A stretch of 64,000 nt of DNA from Adineta vaga (Eukaryota > Animalia > Rotifera): assembly GCA_021613535.1 (NCBI GenBank), contig CP075493.1, positions 5,208,001-5,272,000 on the forward strand, read 5' to 3'. Shown here one piece after another: positions 1-12,603 of the stretch. Positions within the stretch are counted from its first letter, which is position 1. Each line of letters starts with the position of its first letter. A program made the position numbers and the translations under genes. The notes beneath the pieces are model-generated. The model made no database searches, had not been told where the DNA came from, and worked only from the letters and a program-made list of their open reading frames with translations.

Positions 1-1
1 A

Positions 2-454
2 CGACAAAAATTATATGATAATGCTGTTAAAGAACAAAAATATGACCTGGGAGATCTTGTTGGCCTCCAAATTGATCGTGTTGATCGTACTAATACAACA
101 CCAAAGATTTTACCTTGCAAAGTGATAGCCATTGAGTCATCGTCGAATGATTGTATGTTGTACAAGCTGTGTACAATGAAAGGTGTTCTATCAATTTCAT
201 ATGGTGTTCAAGATCTCTTAGATTTGAGAAAATGTAATTTTGCCGATTTACGCAGTGTTGATCCAACAAATCTACCAATAATGGCATTTACGCAAGCATG
301 CAAAGATTATTTGTCAACAGGAATAATTGAAGTTGTAGCAGCATGTAACTGTAGTGGTAAATGTGCTACAAAATCTTGTCCATGCAAAGCAAAAGATGTT
401 AAATGTTGCACCAAATGTCATCCCAAAAAGAAATGTCCATGTGCAAACGTCTAG
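2..454 (+). CDS. C-terminal part of a transposase/integrase with a Cys-rich CXC-like tail (5'-partial)
   Basis: The frame is open from base 2: RQKLYD...YDLGDLVGLQIDRVDRTNTTPKILPCKV...CNCSGKCATKSCPCKAKDVKCCTKCH. It has no introns, and the GD-V..DR and CxC..C..CxC..CC..CH pattern resembles KRBA2/SCAND3-like integrases. Confidence 0.7.
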   Translation, partial: RQKLYDNAVKEQKYDLGDLVGLQIDRVDRTNTTPKILPCKVIAIESSSNDCMLYKLCTMKGVLSISYGVQDLLDLRKCNFADLRSVDPTNLPIMAFTQACKDYLSTGIIEVVAACNCSGKCATKSCPCKAKDVKCCTKCHPKKKCPCANV

Positions 455-589
455 TTTTTTTTCTCAAGTCATTTCTATTATTTCTGACTAGACTATAAAT
501 TCATGAAACTGTAGTTTTTAAAGATCATATAAGTTTTCACGGTAATAAAACACACGAAGAAATAGAGATAAAGATGAATTTATTTCTGC

Positions 590-761
590 TAGGGGAATTT
601 AAAATTCCCCTATAGGGGAAATTGAAATTTTAATCTCCCCTAGTGGAAACTAAAATCTTCAACTTTTCATAGAAAATACACAGAGAAAAAACATAATTTT
701 AATTTCTCCTAGAGGAGATTAAAATTTCAATTTCCCCTTAGGGCGATTTTAAATTCCCCTA
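590..761. repeat. Imperfect ~53 bp inverted repeat (590-643 / 709-761) with internal palindromes, in the transposon terminus
   Basis: aggggaatttaaaattcccctataggggaaattgaaattttaatctcccctag is nearly the reverse complement of ctagaggagattaaaatttcaatttccccttagggcgattttaaattcccct. Confidence 0.9.
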
Positions 762-1198
762 AATTTTAATTTCCCCTGTAACATTTACATCATCTTTTCG
801 AATTATGTTATTTCGATCAAGAATTATAGCTTTCATCTGACAAATTTTATTTCTTCTTTACTTTTTTTCTATACTTGTTTTGATTTGTAAGTAATGCAAT
901 TGTGAAGGACTTTTGTTACATAGTCGTTCGTTCAAGACACTGAGTCTATTTTAATTTTATTTAACTTCTTAAGTCAGAACTTTGATATGACTTGGAGTTT
1001 TAAATCAACAGCTGAATTAAAATAGTATAGTACATGTAATCAAAATGTTTAGATATATAAGATTAGTTTTACTTCAATTATGAACTTTTCAATAGTTTTG
1101 AGGATAAAATATGGGATAAATATAAAAAATGTTCTTTTCTTATACGAAACCATTCAGTCAGTTTTTCGATCTTTACATTCTTGTTTAGAAAGTTACGA

Positions 1199-3449
1199 TT
1201 AACCAGTTGCACTATAACTGCCCTTTGGTCCTTGTGGTCCAGGTGGACCTCGATCACCTTTATCTCCTTTAAAACCAGGTGAAGCAGGAAAACCAGGTGT
1301 GCCCGAATTGCCTTTTGGTCCTGGCGGACCAGAATATATAACTGGTCCTTGTTCACCTTTTGACCCAGGAGGACCTGACACCCCAGATTGTCCTGTGAAA
1401 GAAATTGATCGTAAAATTATGTGTATGCGTTGGAAAAAAGCTTATCAATACTCCATTTTTGGAGAAGTGAAGAATATGTGATAATCACATATAGTACAAA
1501 TTAGACAGTATGCGAGTGAAAGAATAAAACATCCTTAAGGGACAAGAACAATACAAAACATTATATAGAAAGGAAATTTAGCGATTTACTCAATGATCAA
1601 TATTTCATCACGGACAATTCTTAATATACATACTATATACACTGCTGAAATCCTTGTATCTCACAGTATCACGAACCTTTTTCACCTTTCGGACCTGGAG
1701 AACCGTGCTGTCCATTGGCACCTGTATCACCTTTTACACCTTGTGGTCCGTGTGCACCAGTGTCACCTTTTACGCCTGGAGGACCTTGCGGTCCTTCTTT
1801 CGCTGAAAAACAAAAATAAAATATTTTCTCAGACATCCGAAGTTGATTTTTTTACAGATTCAAGGTGTTCGGTATTATGTTGTATGCATTTCTAACCAAC
1901 GAACTCAAAACGAAGTTTTACTAAAACTCTTGAAATTCGTCAGAAACTTTTCTTTCGGTTTAATTCCAGGCGATACCAGATATACGAACCATTTCGTACA
2001 AGAGAGAACCATCAGACAGTAGACTTGATGCAATTGTCGTTGAATGAGATTCATATCTACACAGTCTCTTTAATCTACTAATCAGTTCTATCTTATAAGT
2101 GCTGATCAACTCTGATTACCTTCTGATCGAAATTTTTGCCACGCATGCTCATATTGCATTTGTAGAACTGACCACTGATCAATAAACTGCCTTTGAAAAG
2201 TTAACCATCGACTCGGTCTCGAATCAGGTTTGAGAGGGGTCCACATCAGCATAACACTATGCTTCATAGTCGGTCGAAATACGCTTACATTTCTTTGAAC
2301 TAGTATGTTAGATGATCTATTTATGTTTTGTAATTGATTTGCGTATAACCTTTTTTTAATCGTGAATATATCGTTTTCCATATCTAAATAATATTTATTA
2401 TCAGTATAGAGTTTATAATAAGTAGAACGTTGAAATTTCTCCATTGCCGTCTCATTCGTTCTATTTAACAATTCTAATTGCTTTTTCATCTCTTTGAAAT
2501 AAGTGTTCAATTCTTGAACCACTTTATCTGGGCGACTATCTTCATCTGCCCAATAGACTCGTGACCAATGCTTCGATTGTAGTAAAACTTTTGTGCCTAT
2601 AAGTTCCATTTTTAATAATTGCAATAAGAGTGATTCATCATCTGGAGAAATAAAGTATAAAGGAGGTGTTTCTAGTAGTTGCATAATATTCATAGCTTGA
2701 AAAATAAGTAAGTCTTGATCATGATTGATTAGATAGTATGGCTCATTAGTAAATTGTTCCATTAATTCTGAATAGATTTCGGCTTTTTTAACATGCTCAT
2801 TGGTAATCGTTTTTTGTTGTTGAATATACTTTGTGCTTTCCTCAGTTAAATAAGTATACATAACTTGAAGATTTTTAGCAAAATTAGTAGTATCCTTTTT
2901 GTACATGATGCTTGCTGTTAGCTCTTGACATACATAAATTGCTTTACATTCAACAAAAAATTGTACTATAGGTTGTGGTAGTGTTTTATAAATTTTCCAA
3001 GAAGATTTCAGCCATAAATCCGCTGGTTTATATTCAGGATTTAGCCAACTGATACGAATTTTATCGATTGGTACTAGTTGTACGTCAATTTGTTCAGTTC
3101 TGTTAGGACAGTATGATTTATTAATCAGATGTTCAACGACCTTTTCACTAATGTCAAGGTTGAATAATTCCACCTTAAATGATAGTGAAGTAGGGTTCGC
3201 GTCCTTGGAACTGGTATCATCCAAATAACCATATGCTATGGGATCAACATAAAAACGAGAAACATTATATGATTTCGTCGATATATTAGATATTTTAAAT
3301 AACGTATCGAATTGGTCTGCGTCGTAAACACGTACGTCGTAGTTTGAAAAAGAGACAGTAGTTAGTACACAAGGTTGAGACAAGAGAGACGAAAGAGACA
3401 TTCGAAAGCAAAGTGAAATTAATACAACGAATATTGAGACAGGAATCAT
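1199..3449 (-). CDS. Secreted uncharacterised protein with a C-terminal collagen (Gly-X-Y) region, multi-exon
   Basis: The 447-aa ORF has a signal peptide and ends at a donor (GAAG|gtaatc, 2119). A short exon starts near 2056. Gly-X-Y exons follow at ~1802-1678 ([19 protein letters not shown]...) and ~1393-1199 ([15 protein letters not shown]...), joined in phase 1. The middle junction is uncertain. Confidence 0.65.
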
Positions 3450-4266
3450 TTTTATCTTGATTATTGTATTTCAATATAATTGTATAGAAGATAGAAATGT
3501 ATGATTGCTTTGACTTGAGAATTATAGTGCGATCGTTAGAGAGGTTAAAGAAATTATGTAAAAAATTCTTCCACAGTCTTATCTTCAGTTTATATACGAT
3601 CTAGAAATCCTATTTCTCCTTCTCGTCTATATTGACGAGACATAATATAGACAATTTTTGGGCTAATTCGCAGTTGTTTTTATCATCATATGTTAGAAAT
3701 AGCAACCGTCGTAATAACTCATCTATATCTCTTTATCAACACTTTTAAATTATATATGACTTGCTATGTCATCACGAATATTCTACAGACAACTGTGTAT
3801 AAAAAAGAAAAAACATAAAGCCTTTTACTTCAAATATTTTGAAAATGATGAATAACAGAGACTCGTCTGCTCAAAGGACATCTTATTAGCCTGAGTCATG
3901 GTGATCTGTCTGTTTCATAAAGATGCGGAACAATCAATTTTAAATGTCAACTACTATCTTTTTTTCTCACTCCTTGTAAGAGATAAATTTTCTGTAGATG
4001 TTGCAGGAATTATGGATGCGATCTGAGAATTTTCAATTGACATTCGTACATCATTTCTATAACGGCAAGGAGAGAAGAAGATAAAACTATATTGAATATC
4101 ATCTATTCTGACGTGTAATATTTTCTTCTTGTTATCGTGCTTTTTCAATAGGCACAAGCACCAGAACAGATATCTGAATGAAAAATAAAGACACACGTAA
4201 TCACATACAAACAAACAGACAAAAAGAAAAATATAAATAGTCAGAGTTCGATTAATGCTAAATGAA

Positions 4267-5404
4267 TTAATCCTCATTTTCATCATCATGATTACCACCT
4301 GATATCATATCAAATTCATGTGGATTCTCAGATGCATCACCATTATCATATGAAGTGAAATTCGGCTGTTGTTGTTGTTGTTGTTGTAATAATTGTTGCA
4401 ACTGAGGATGCTGTTGTTGTTGAATAGAAGATGATGAATAGGCTGGTTGATAATCATGAGGTGTTAATGGTGTTTGGGGAGTTTCAGGAGGTGATGAACC
4501 ATTCGATGTTTGATGTTTATAAATAGCCATTTCTGTTTGATAAAGATGCTTCTTTTCTGATGCTGCTTGTTCATATTTATTTTTTAATTCAGGAGAAGCA
4601 TTTTTCCAACGAACACCAAGTTCTCGTGCAACATCACTAACAGACATCCCTAGTAATGAAAAAAAAATTCCTAATTTTTTATCAGCATATTCCGCATTTT
4701 TTCTTTTCAAATATTCTTAAAACTCAATATTAAATTAGTCTGACACGGACTCAAAGACAGATCAACTGATTTTTTTCCCCTTCAAAAACTCTCTATATGG
4801 CATCTTTGAAAAGAAATAACAAGAACTTCAAGTTGACGACTAAATTTGATGATAATTCTGTATTTTTTGTCTTACCTGCTTGTGAACCATGTACTTTAGG
4901 ACGTTCATCAGCACAGAAAAGAAAATAAGCTGATAAAGGTTTTTTTGGTGCAAGAGGATCTTTTGGTTTTCTTTCTCGTTTTTTCACGGCTTTTTTTGGT
5001 ACATTAACAAGCGTTGTTGTGGCTAAATGCTGCGGTTGATTTTGAATAATTAATGTATGTGGTTGTTGTTGTTGTGGTTCAACAAGGTATTGTGTTGCTG
5101 GTGTTTGAAGTAATATAGAGGATGTTGCCGATTGTTGTTGCTGTTTAATTGATTGTTCTTGAAGATATGTCGCCATTTCTTCTTTATATCGTTTACGTTG
5201 TAATTCAGCTGTATCATTGAAACGTTTTTTTTCTATATCACTCATATTTTTCCATCGTTCGGAACATTTCTTTGCAATAACATTGTAATCAACTGTTAAC
5301 TGAGGATACTTACGACGTAATTCATCGCGACATGTTCGAACAAATAGATTATAAGCAGTAACTGGTCCGCGAGGTTTATTCGCGTCCGAAGGTTTTTTTG
5401 GCAT
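4267..5404 (-). CDS. HMGB/DSP1-like protein with two HMG boxes
   Basis: Box A: KPRGPVTAYNLFV...KKCSERWKNMS. Box B: KDPLAPKKPLSAYFLFC...|MSVSDVARELGVRWK, split by an intron at ~4875-4652. It has a Q-rich linker and a short acidic end. Confidence 0.92.
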
Positions 5405-5933
5405 AAGTTAAGAAATAATTAAATATTGATATGACAATAAATTATATAATTAAATAAGAACAAAGATAAATATAGAAAATAAGAATAATTTTAATGATGA
5501 ATGATTTGATTATTTTTAGTTTCACGTTTTAAAGGAGAGGTAAAAAAAACAATAAACATCACCCTCGACCATTTGCAGAGAAGAAATATAAAAAAAAGAA
5601 GGAAGAAGAATCATTAGTCCATTTGTACGAGTGTGCTACAATCGATGCTAACAAATTATTTGACAGGAGGATTGAAAAATGCTTTTCATTGGTTTATTTT
5701 TTCTATCATTCGATGAGTGTGTTGTGTTTTCCAATCCAGACCGACATTAATATAGAATGATAAATAATAATTAACAACAACCATCGAAGATAATAAAAAC
5801 AAACGTTTCACTAACTCGAACATAGTTGTTTTTTTTGCATAGAGATGAAGGGGAAAAGTTTCCATAGTTTTGTTTGTATATCACAATTTGACATATAGAT
5901 ATTTTTCTCTTAAAGATCGGAACAAATACGACA

Positions 5934-8085
5934 ATGTCGAATCCACCGAGCCGTAGTTCATCAGGAATGTTTACTGAACCATCTGCTAATCCGGCGCCTA
6001 CATCCTTATCAGAACAACCTGACTTACCTTTACTCTATAAAGCGCATGATGATGCAAGTTCAATGATATCTCATCTCGATGAAAACAATGAAAACGAAGC
6101 GGTATGAAGAAATTGTTTTTTTTCTTCTGTTTCATTCAATTTAGTTTCCTTGAGGCATTTAGATTGCACCATTAGTTTCATCAATTTATGGTGAACAAAA
6201 TGAAAGTAAAACCACGTGAGTTTCCTAATTGTTCTTTAATTCAATCTGATAGCTAAGTATCTCCTATATAGAAAATTAGAAACATTAATGCATATTATTA
6301 AAGGAAATATTGGCACTGGTATTCTTGCTTTTCCATATGCTTTATCAAAAGCTGGAATACTTGTATGTAAATCATTTTGATTTCATATATATGAATCGTT
6401 TCTTCATTCTGAATTTAAGTTTGGTCCAATTGCTTTTTGGATTATGGGTGCGATGACACTTTATTGTATGCATCAACTTCTTCGATGTCATGAGCATTAT
6501 CAATATCGGTGAGTTGTAAAATTAATCGAATAAATTAGATGATTTTCTTTTCATTTAGTATTTCACGACAGAAATGTGATTTTGGAGATGTTATGCGATA
6601 TACATTAGCAACATGCCGTTGGCGATGTGTTCATCGTTACGCAAAATTGGGAAAGTAAGATAATTTCAGTAGACTTTCCATGATACATATGTTTTTAATT
6701 AGATTTATTATTGACGGTTTTATTGTGGCCACACAATTAGGATTCTGTGCAGTATACTTTGTCTTTGTACCGGCTAGTATTAAACAGGTAATGATTAGTT
6801 GATAGTAAAGTAGAAATACTTTTATTTTTGGATGAATAGAAATGAGTGCATATAGAAAATAAGATTATTATTATTACAAAGGAGTTGTGCTATTAATTAT
6901 TTCTTATTTTTCAATAGGTAGTCGATTATTATTTCGGTCATAGTGCACCAATACAATTATATCAATTCTTCATGTTAATACTTGTCATTGCTTTTTCATT
7001 CATTCGAAGTTTAAAAGTTATGGCACCATTTTCACTTGCAGCGAATATAATTACGATTGGAGGTAAGGACATTTCAATATCTTAACTAACTTCATTTAAA
7101 TTATTCATTTAAAGGATTAATTGTAATCATGCAATATATTGTTCGCGATCATGTTCCACTGAACGAATTGCCACTTATATCACCATCTTCAGAGTGGCCA
7201 GTATTTTTGCAACTGCTATGTATGTTTTCGAAGGAATTGGTTTGGTATGTAAGAACAAAGGAAACAGTATCGAATAAGATCAATGATCATTTAGGTTTTA
7301 CCAATTCAAAATAAAATGAAACAACCTGAATCGTATGGTGGCCTGTTTGGTGTTTTAAATATTGGTATCGTTCTTGTTACTGCTCTGTACTTTTTCGTTG
7401 GAGTTTTTGGTTATCTTCGATATGGAGCAGATGCACGTGGTTCAATTACACTTAATTTACCAAATGATCATATGTAAAACTAAAATATATTTAGTTTATG
7501 TTGATAGTTTTATTCCTTTCTACTGTTAGAGTCTATCAATTCACGAAAATTATGTATGCTGTTGCAGTATTTTTAACATATAATTTACAATTCTATGTGC
7601 CATTTTCACTTCTTTGGCCACGACTTTGTCGTAAAGTTTTATATAAATATGGTGAAGAAACAATTGAAAAATTCGAGCATGCTTTTCGTATTGGTTTGAT
7701 CTTAATTACTTGTAAGTTCATCAACAAACGAAACTTTGGAAAACCATTTGATATGCTCGCTTCTATTCTAGTTCTTGTCGCTGCAATGATTCCTAACCTA
7801 GGTCTTGTTATATCGTTAGGTATGTAATTTTATTAATAGATAACATAATCTAAATCTTTAATGTAATTAGTGGGTGCGGTTGCATCAACGGCATTATCAG
7901 TTATATTTCCTCCAATTTGTGAATCGATTACATTTTGGCCTGATGGTCTTGGTCGTTTTAAATGGCAATTAATTTTGAATCTCTTCATAATTAGTTTTGG
8001 TCTCTATGTATTTATTGCTGGTACAACTCTTAGTATGTCAAATATAATTTCATGTATCCGTGTTGGAACCCGATGTGACGATTAA
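5934..8085 (+). CDS. Proton-coupled amino acid transporter (SLC36/pathetic family), many short exons
   Basis: Motifs ETLMHIIKGNIGTGILAFPYALSKAG, TQLGFCAVYFVF, FEGIG(L|V)LPIQNKMKQP, GYLRYG..ARGSITLNLP and IPNLGLVISLVGAVAS. Confidence 0.92.
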
Positions 8086-8296
8086 AATGTCAGAATTCTG
8101 ATCTTTATTCAAGATTATTTAGTCATGGGCAATTTCAAATGATAAATCTCGTTTATTTTCTGTTGTTTATTTTGTATATGTATTGTATGAATATTGTTTT
8201 CTTTTAATCTGTTGATGTAACAGTGACATATTTTACTATTTAATCAACAAAAAACAAGTCGAATCTCTGATTGTTGTCAAATTCAATGTTTTAGAT

Positions 8297-9699
8297 ATGA
8301 CGAGTTGGTTTACATCTACTCTTCAAAGTGTTCGAGAAAAAGTAGAGCGAAAATACTCATTTCAACGTATGTGTTATTTTGTTTTCTTCTTCTAGTCAAT
8401 TGATGCCTTTGAATTCGTACGAAAAGATTTATCTGAATTTAGTGCAATCGTTAAAACTGACACCGAAACTTATTTACATAGAATAAAAAGTCAACCGGTA
8501 AGATTTTCAATAGAAAGCTAATCTTTGCTAAGATAGATTTCATTTTTTTTGTAGACAGATGAATTTGGTATTAACCAAATTGTATCAAGATTGAATGTTG
8601 TTGGTAGATCAGATAAAGATGCTGGAAATCATATTATGTCATCAACTTCATACGATCGACTTCATGTAATGTAGTTTTTGAGTATGAGTGTAATGAAAGG
8701 AAACGTATATATGTTTGTCTAGGATAAAAATATAGATCTATTTGGTAAATATATGAAATGCTCATACTAAAAACACTAATCGTTCGGTTAGAGTGTGTGT
8801 ATTATAACATGACGATGCATTAAACTCGAGAAATAGTTATATTTACAAAGCATTGCATTGTTCTATAGTGTGAATCTTCAATGAGAAACTATTTCTAACA
8901 GAGTTCTAATCACCTGAGTAGAAACTAATTCCTTTTTCATATTTTTGCTCTTTTAATAATACCTTCTAAATCTTTCGAATTCTTTAGAATGAAAAACTTC
9001 GATTACAGAAGGATGAATCAACATATCTGATTGATCCATTACCAATTGATATCTACAAAACATGGTGTGAAAGAAATGATTTGAGTGTTGAAAATCGCAA
9101 AGGTGATATTACACAATTATTAATTGATGCTCCACATATTCGTTCACTTTATGCACGACTTGTACCTGCATGTACAACACATCAGGATTTCTGGTCGAGA
9201 TATTATTTTCGTTTACATCAATTTGAAGAGGATGAAACCAAACGATTGAATTTATTGAAACGTGCACATGAGATTTGTAATGAAAAGCATGGAAATGATT
9301 GGGATGCACCTGGTAAGACATTTCTTATCTTAGAATATTTAATCGAATTCTTTCGTCTTGCCTCACACAAATAGACGATGATTGGGTACAAGAGACCAGT
9401 GCTTCACATCTAATCCTGTCGATCAACAAACACTACCAACTATTTCGGTCATACCTGAAAGATGTGAAAGTGATACAGGTATAAAAATAATGAAAAATGC
9501 AATAAAGATTGAGTTTTTGTCTTTTCTAAAAGTTTCAGGTGATAGTTGGGAACGTGAATTTGATGAAACAGATTTCGATGCGTCTAAAAACAATTCTACA
9601 CTAACAGATAAACTTCCAGAGATCAATGCAGATAACAATTCATTAGCAACGAAAAACACGATGAAAGAATTGGATGATGATTGGGAACCATGGCCATAA
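8297..9699 (+). CDS. BSDC1: BSD domain-containing protein 1
   Basis: The N-terminus MTSWFTSTLQSVREK|SIDAFEFVRKDLSEF matches BSDC1. The BSD core is IRSLYARLVPACTTHQDFWSRYYFR, followed by DSWEREFD and a DDDWEPW end. Confidence 0.88.
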
Positions 9700-10518
9700 T
9701 AGAACATCTAGTTTTTTTTTGTATATAATCGAATTCTATTCTAAAGGCATTGGCATTTGATGTGAAAGATTTATTTTCTAATAAAATATCTGGTATTTCA
9801 TATTACTTCGAAAAAACATTTTCATACTTGTACTACTATTTGATTGAATGAAGGTTAATCTAATCTAGCTATCAACTAGATCTTTTGTCTTGATCAGCAT
9901 TCATATCGAAAGATGACATGTGAATATAAATCACATCTCAATGTACATCATCACCATCCGAGATGCTGAATTACAATTTTTCGGAATAAATATGTTCAAT
10001 TGGAAGTGACAGTTCTATTTGTTAACAATTCTTTTTACTCATTCACTCTTCTTATATCCAGTGGTGATTATTATTTATAAAGACTATCAATGCAAATGAG
10101 TAAGATTATCAGATGTTTTCATCATCAAAATATACCTTTTAGAACTGATAAATAATACATTTTGTGATGTCATTATCATGTATATTTATCGTGTTCAAAT
10201 AAAAAAAACGACGTAATCCATAGATGGATCGAATTTCTATCGTCTTGTCAATAGAAACGATTAGGAGTTTAAAAAAAAACATTTTCTGTAATCAATGTAC
10301 TCAAATATAATAAACTATCACTATTTTTGAAAACAAGCACAAATTTTCGAGTCTTTAATTAAACTGAAGACACACCTTTAAGGTAATTTTTTTCCCATTT
10401 CCTTTGTCTTTTTTCTTTTCTTTTTGTTAAAGAGAAAGAAAGAAGATGTTCGCATCCGAATCTCTTCTAGATCGAATCATTTACATATTTTTTCTACTCT
10501 TCAATTGTGATACAAAGA

Positions 10519-11597
10519 ATGAATGCTTCATGCCATGTTACTGCCGATTCACAGATGATTTTCTCATTTTTTACCATTGGATTCTTTTTCTCATTCATTG
10601 GATTCATCCTCAATAGTTGTTCTTGTATACTTTTTACACGTACAAAAACTCTTTTTCGTACACCCTATGCTGTATTTATCATTGCTTTATCTATTGCTGA
10701 TATTATTAAATTAATTGCGGAATATTTCGTTCATCTATTATTTATTTATATTCAACATCCATATTTCGTCTGTTCAATCACATGGTTTCTAACTATGACA
10801 AGTGAAAATACATCCTATGCATTTCTTTGTGCATTAGGTAAGTTCGAATTGACATTATTTTCTCATTATGAGAAATGTTCGATCTATGTTCAGGTATTGA
10901 ACGTAATATAAAAGTATGGACAATCAATCGTCGTTGGTTAATCACTCGACAACGTGCATGTTGGATAACTTTATTCATTGTTTTAATTATTGTTATTTAC
11001 AATCATCTATTTCTTTTCTATCCAACAAATGCAAGTTATTGTTATTTTACATTATTTAATTATTCATCAATATTCACATGTAATAATGCAAATTATAATG
11101 CATATGGTTTTTCATATACAATAACGAAATTTGTCTTTATTGAAAATCTTGGTTTAAATAATATTATCTTACCAACAATGATTATTTTAACAAATCTTAT
11201 ATTAATTTATGGTTTACGACGTCGTAATTATCAACGACGAAATTATTTAGGTACAAATAATACAGATGATTGGAGAGAACGAAGTGTTTTGATTTACATG
11301 ATATTATCTAGTGTAGTTTTTCTTCTATTAACATCTCCAATTGGAATCTTAGGTGTTTGGAATATTATTCATGATGAACAATTACCAACAAATAATTTAG
11401 CGATTATTTTTGATCTAATGGAAATTATTCATCATTGTTCACATTTTCCAATCTTACTTATGACAAGTTCATTATTACGAAAGAAAACTTTTCAAACTCG
11501 ATTACAACAACAACAACAACGAAATTCTGCATCAATGAAAATGTTCCCACAACATAAGACATCATCAAGGAAAAAATCCAATGATATATTTCCTTAA
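10519..11597 (+). CDS. Rhodopsin-class (class A) GPCR, peptide-receptor-like, two exons
   Basis: Seven hydrophobic segments, with GFILN (TM1), ALSIAD (TM2), ALG|IER (DRY equivalent, intron ~10838-10893), IILP (TM5), LLTSP (TM6) and HFPILL (TM7). Confidence 0.85.
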
Positions 11598-11802
11598 ATA
11601 TTATGAAATTAATTACTGACAAGAAAGAATGCATTATTCTTGGTTTGATTTTACTTTCTTGTATACTTTTCTAAGTGAAATTCATTTTTTGTAAACTATT
11701 CTCTAGACTGTAGTCTACATGCTGTTAGATTTATTGAAAGACGTTATTATTTTATTTAATTTCAACTCTTTTTATTTATTATTCATTCATTTATTTCATC
11801 TT

Positions 11803-12603
11803 TTATTTTCCAATACCGGTGGAGAGTAAACCAAGTTGACTTAAAAATTCGAATAATGGTCGATTTTCCATTATATCTGAATATGTATGACAATTTTCAG
11901 CAACCTAAACAAAAAAATAAGAATATAATTCTTTTGTTGTCTTTTTCGAATCATACAAGAAGATAACCAGCACAGCATTTCACTTCATGACTAGCACAAG
12001 CAGCCATATTAGGAATTTGAAATGTTTGAATAAAGGAATACTTTTCTGTTCTAGAAAAACAACTTTCGATATGAATCGATGAAATAATAGAAGAAATAGT
12101 TAACGAACCGATAATTTGTAACATATTGACTGCATCTCATTGTGCCCATAAAGCCACAACTGACATAACCAACCTAAACAAAGATCTTCTCTTTAGAAAA
12201 CTGAATGATCTTTATCAGAATAATTATACTTTGGTTTTAGTAGCAACAACATGTGTAGCATATTCAATTTTAGTTTGTGTTACAGTTGTAATTGGTTGTT
12301 CGTTAATACAACACCAATGTCTTTGAATAGATATAAGTTTAAAATTAAAGAAAAAGAGAGTTAGTTTGTCAAACTTACGATGCATCATTAGGACCACGAC
12401 CTTGATCAGCATTTAATGATGAACGAACTGATTCGGGTAAATCAGTCATTTTCACAGCAGCTAAATATTGACGAACTTTGTCATTGAGCTAGAAATCAAA
12501 TGAAATACATCGAAATTTTAGATTTCATTTCATTTACTTCATATTGAGCAGCGTTGACTGCTACTAAAGCGAAGAGACATAAGCAGATAATCGATTTCAT
12601 CAT
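11803..12603 (-). CDS. Small secreted EMI-domain protein (~6 exons)
   Basis: Signal peptide MMKSIICLCLFALVAVNA. The spliced core RHWCC...VGYVSCGFMGTMRCSQYVTNYRTEKY...CASHEVKCCAGYLLVAENC fits the EMI pattern (C..C..Y...YR...CC.GY....C). It ends ...LSTGIGK*. Confidence 0.7.

Larger units (their letters stand above)
1..783 (+). mobile_element. Right end of a Ginger-like (KRBA2/SCAND3-type integrase) DNA transposon, truncated by the window edge
   Basis: An integrase-type C-terminal ORF is followed by a sub-terminal region of AGGGGAA/TTCCCCT repeats that ends in ...TGTAACA at 777-783. TGT...ACA ends are typical of Ginger elements. The left end is not in the window. Confidence 0.65.

Noticed and set aside
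7129-7314. Apparent frame break in the SLC36 exon near 7200-7245 (the ORF reads VFLQLLCM instead of F.TAMYVFEGIG)
   Set aside because: It may be a 1-nt homopolymer assembly error or real frameshift at gtatttttgca. It cannot be resolved without reads, and the rest of the gene is intact, so it is not called a pseudogene.
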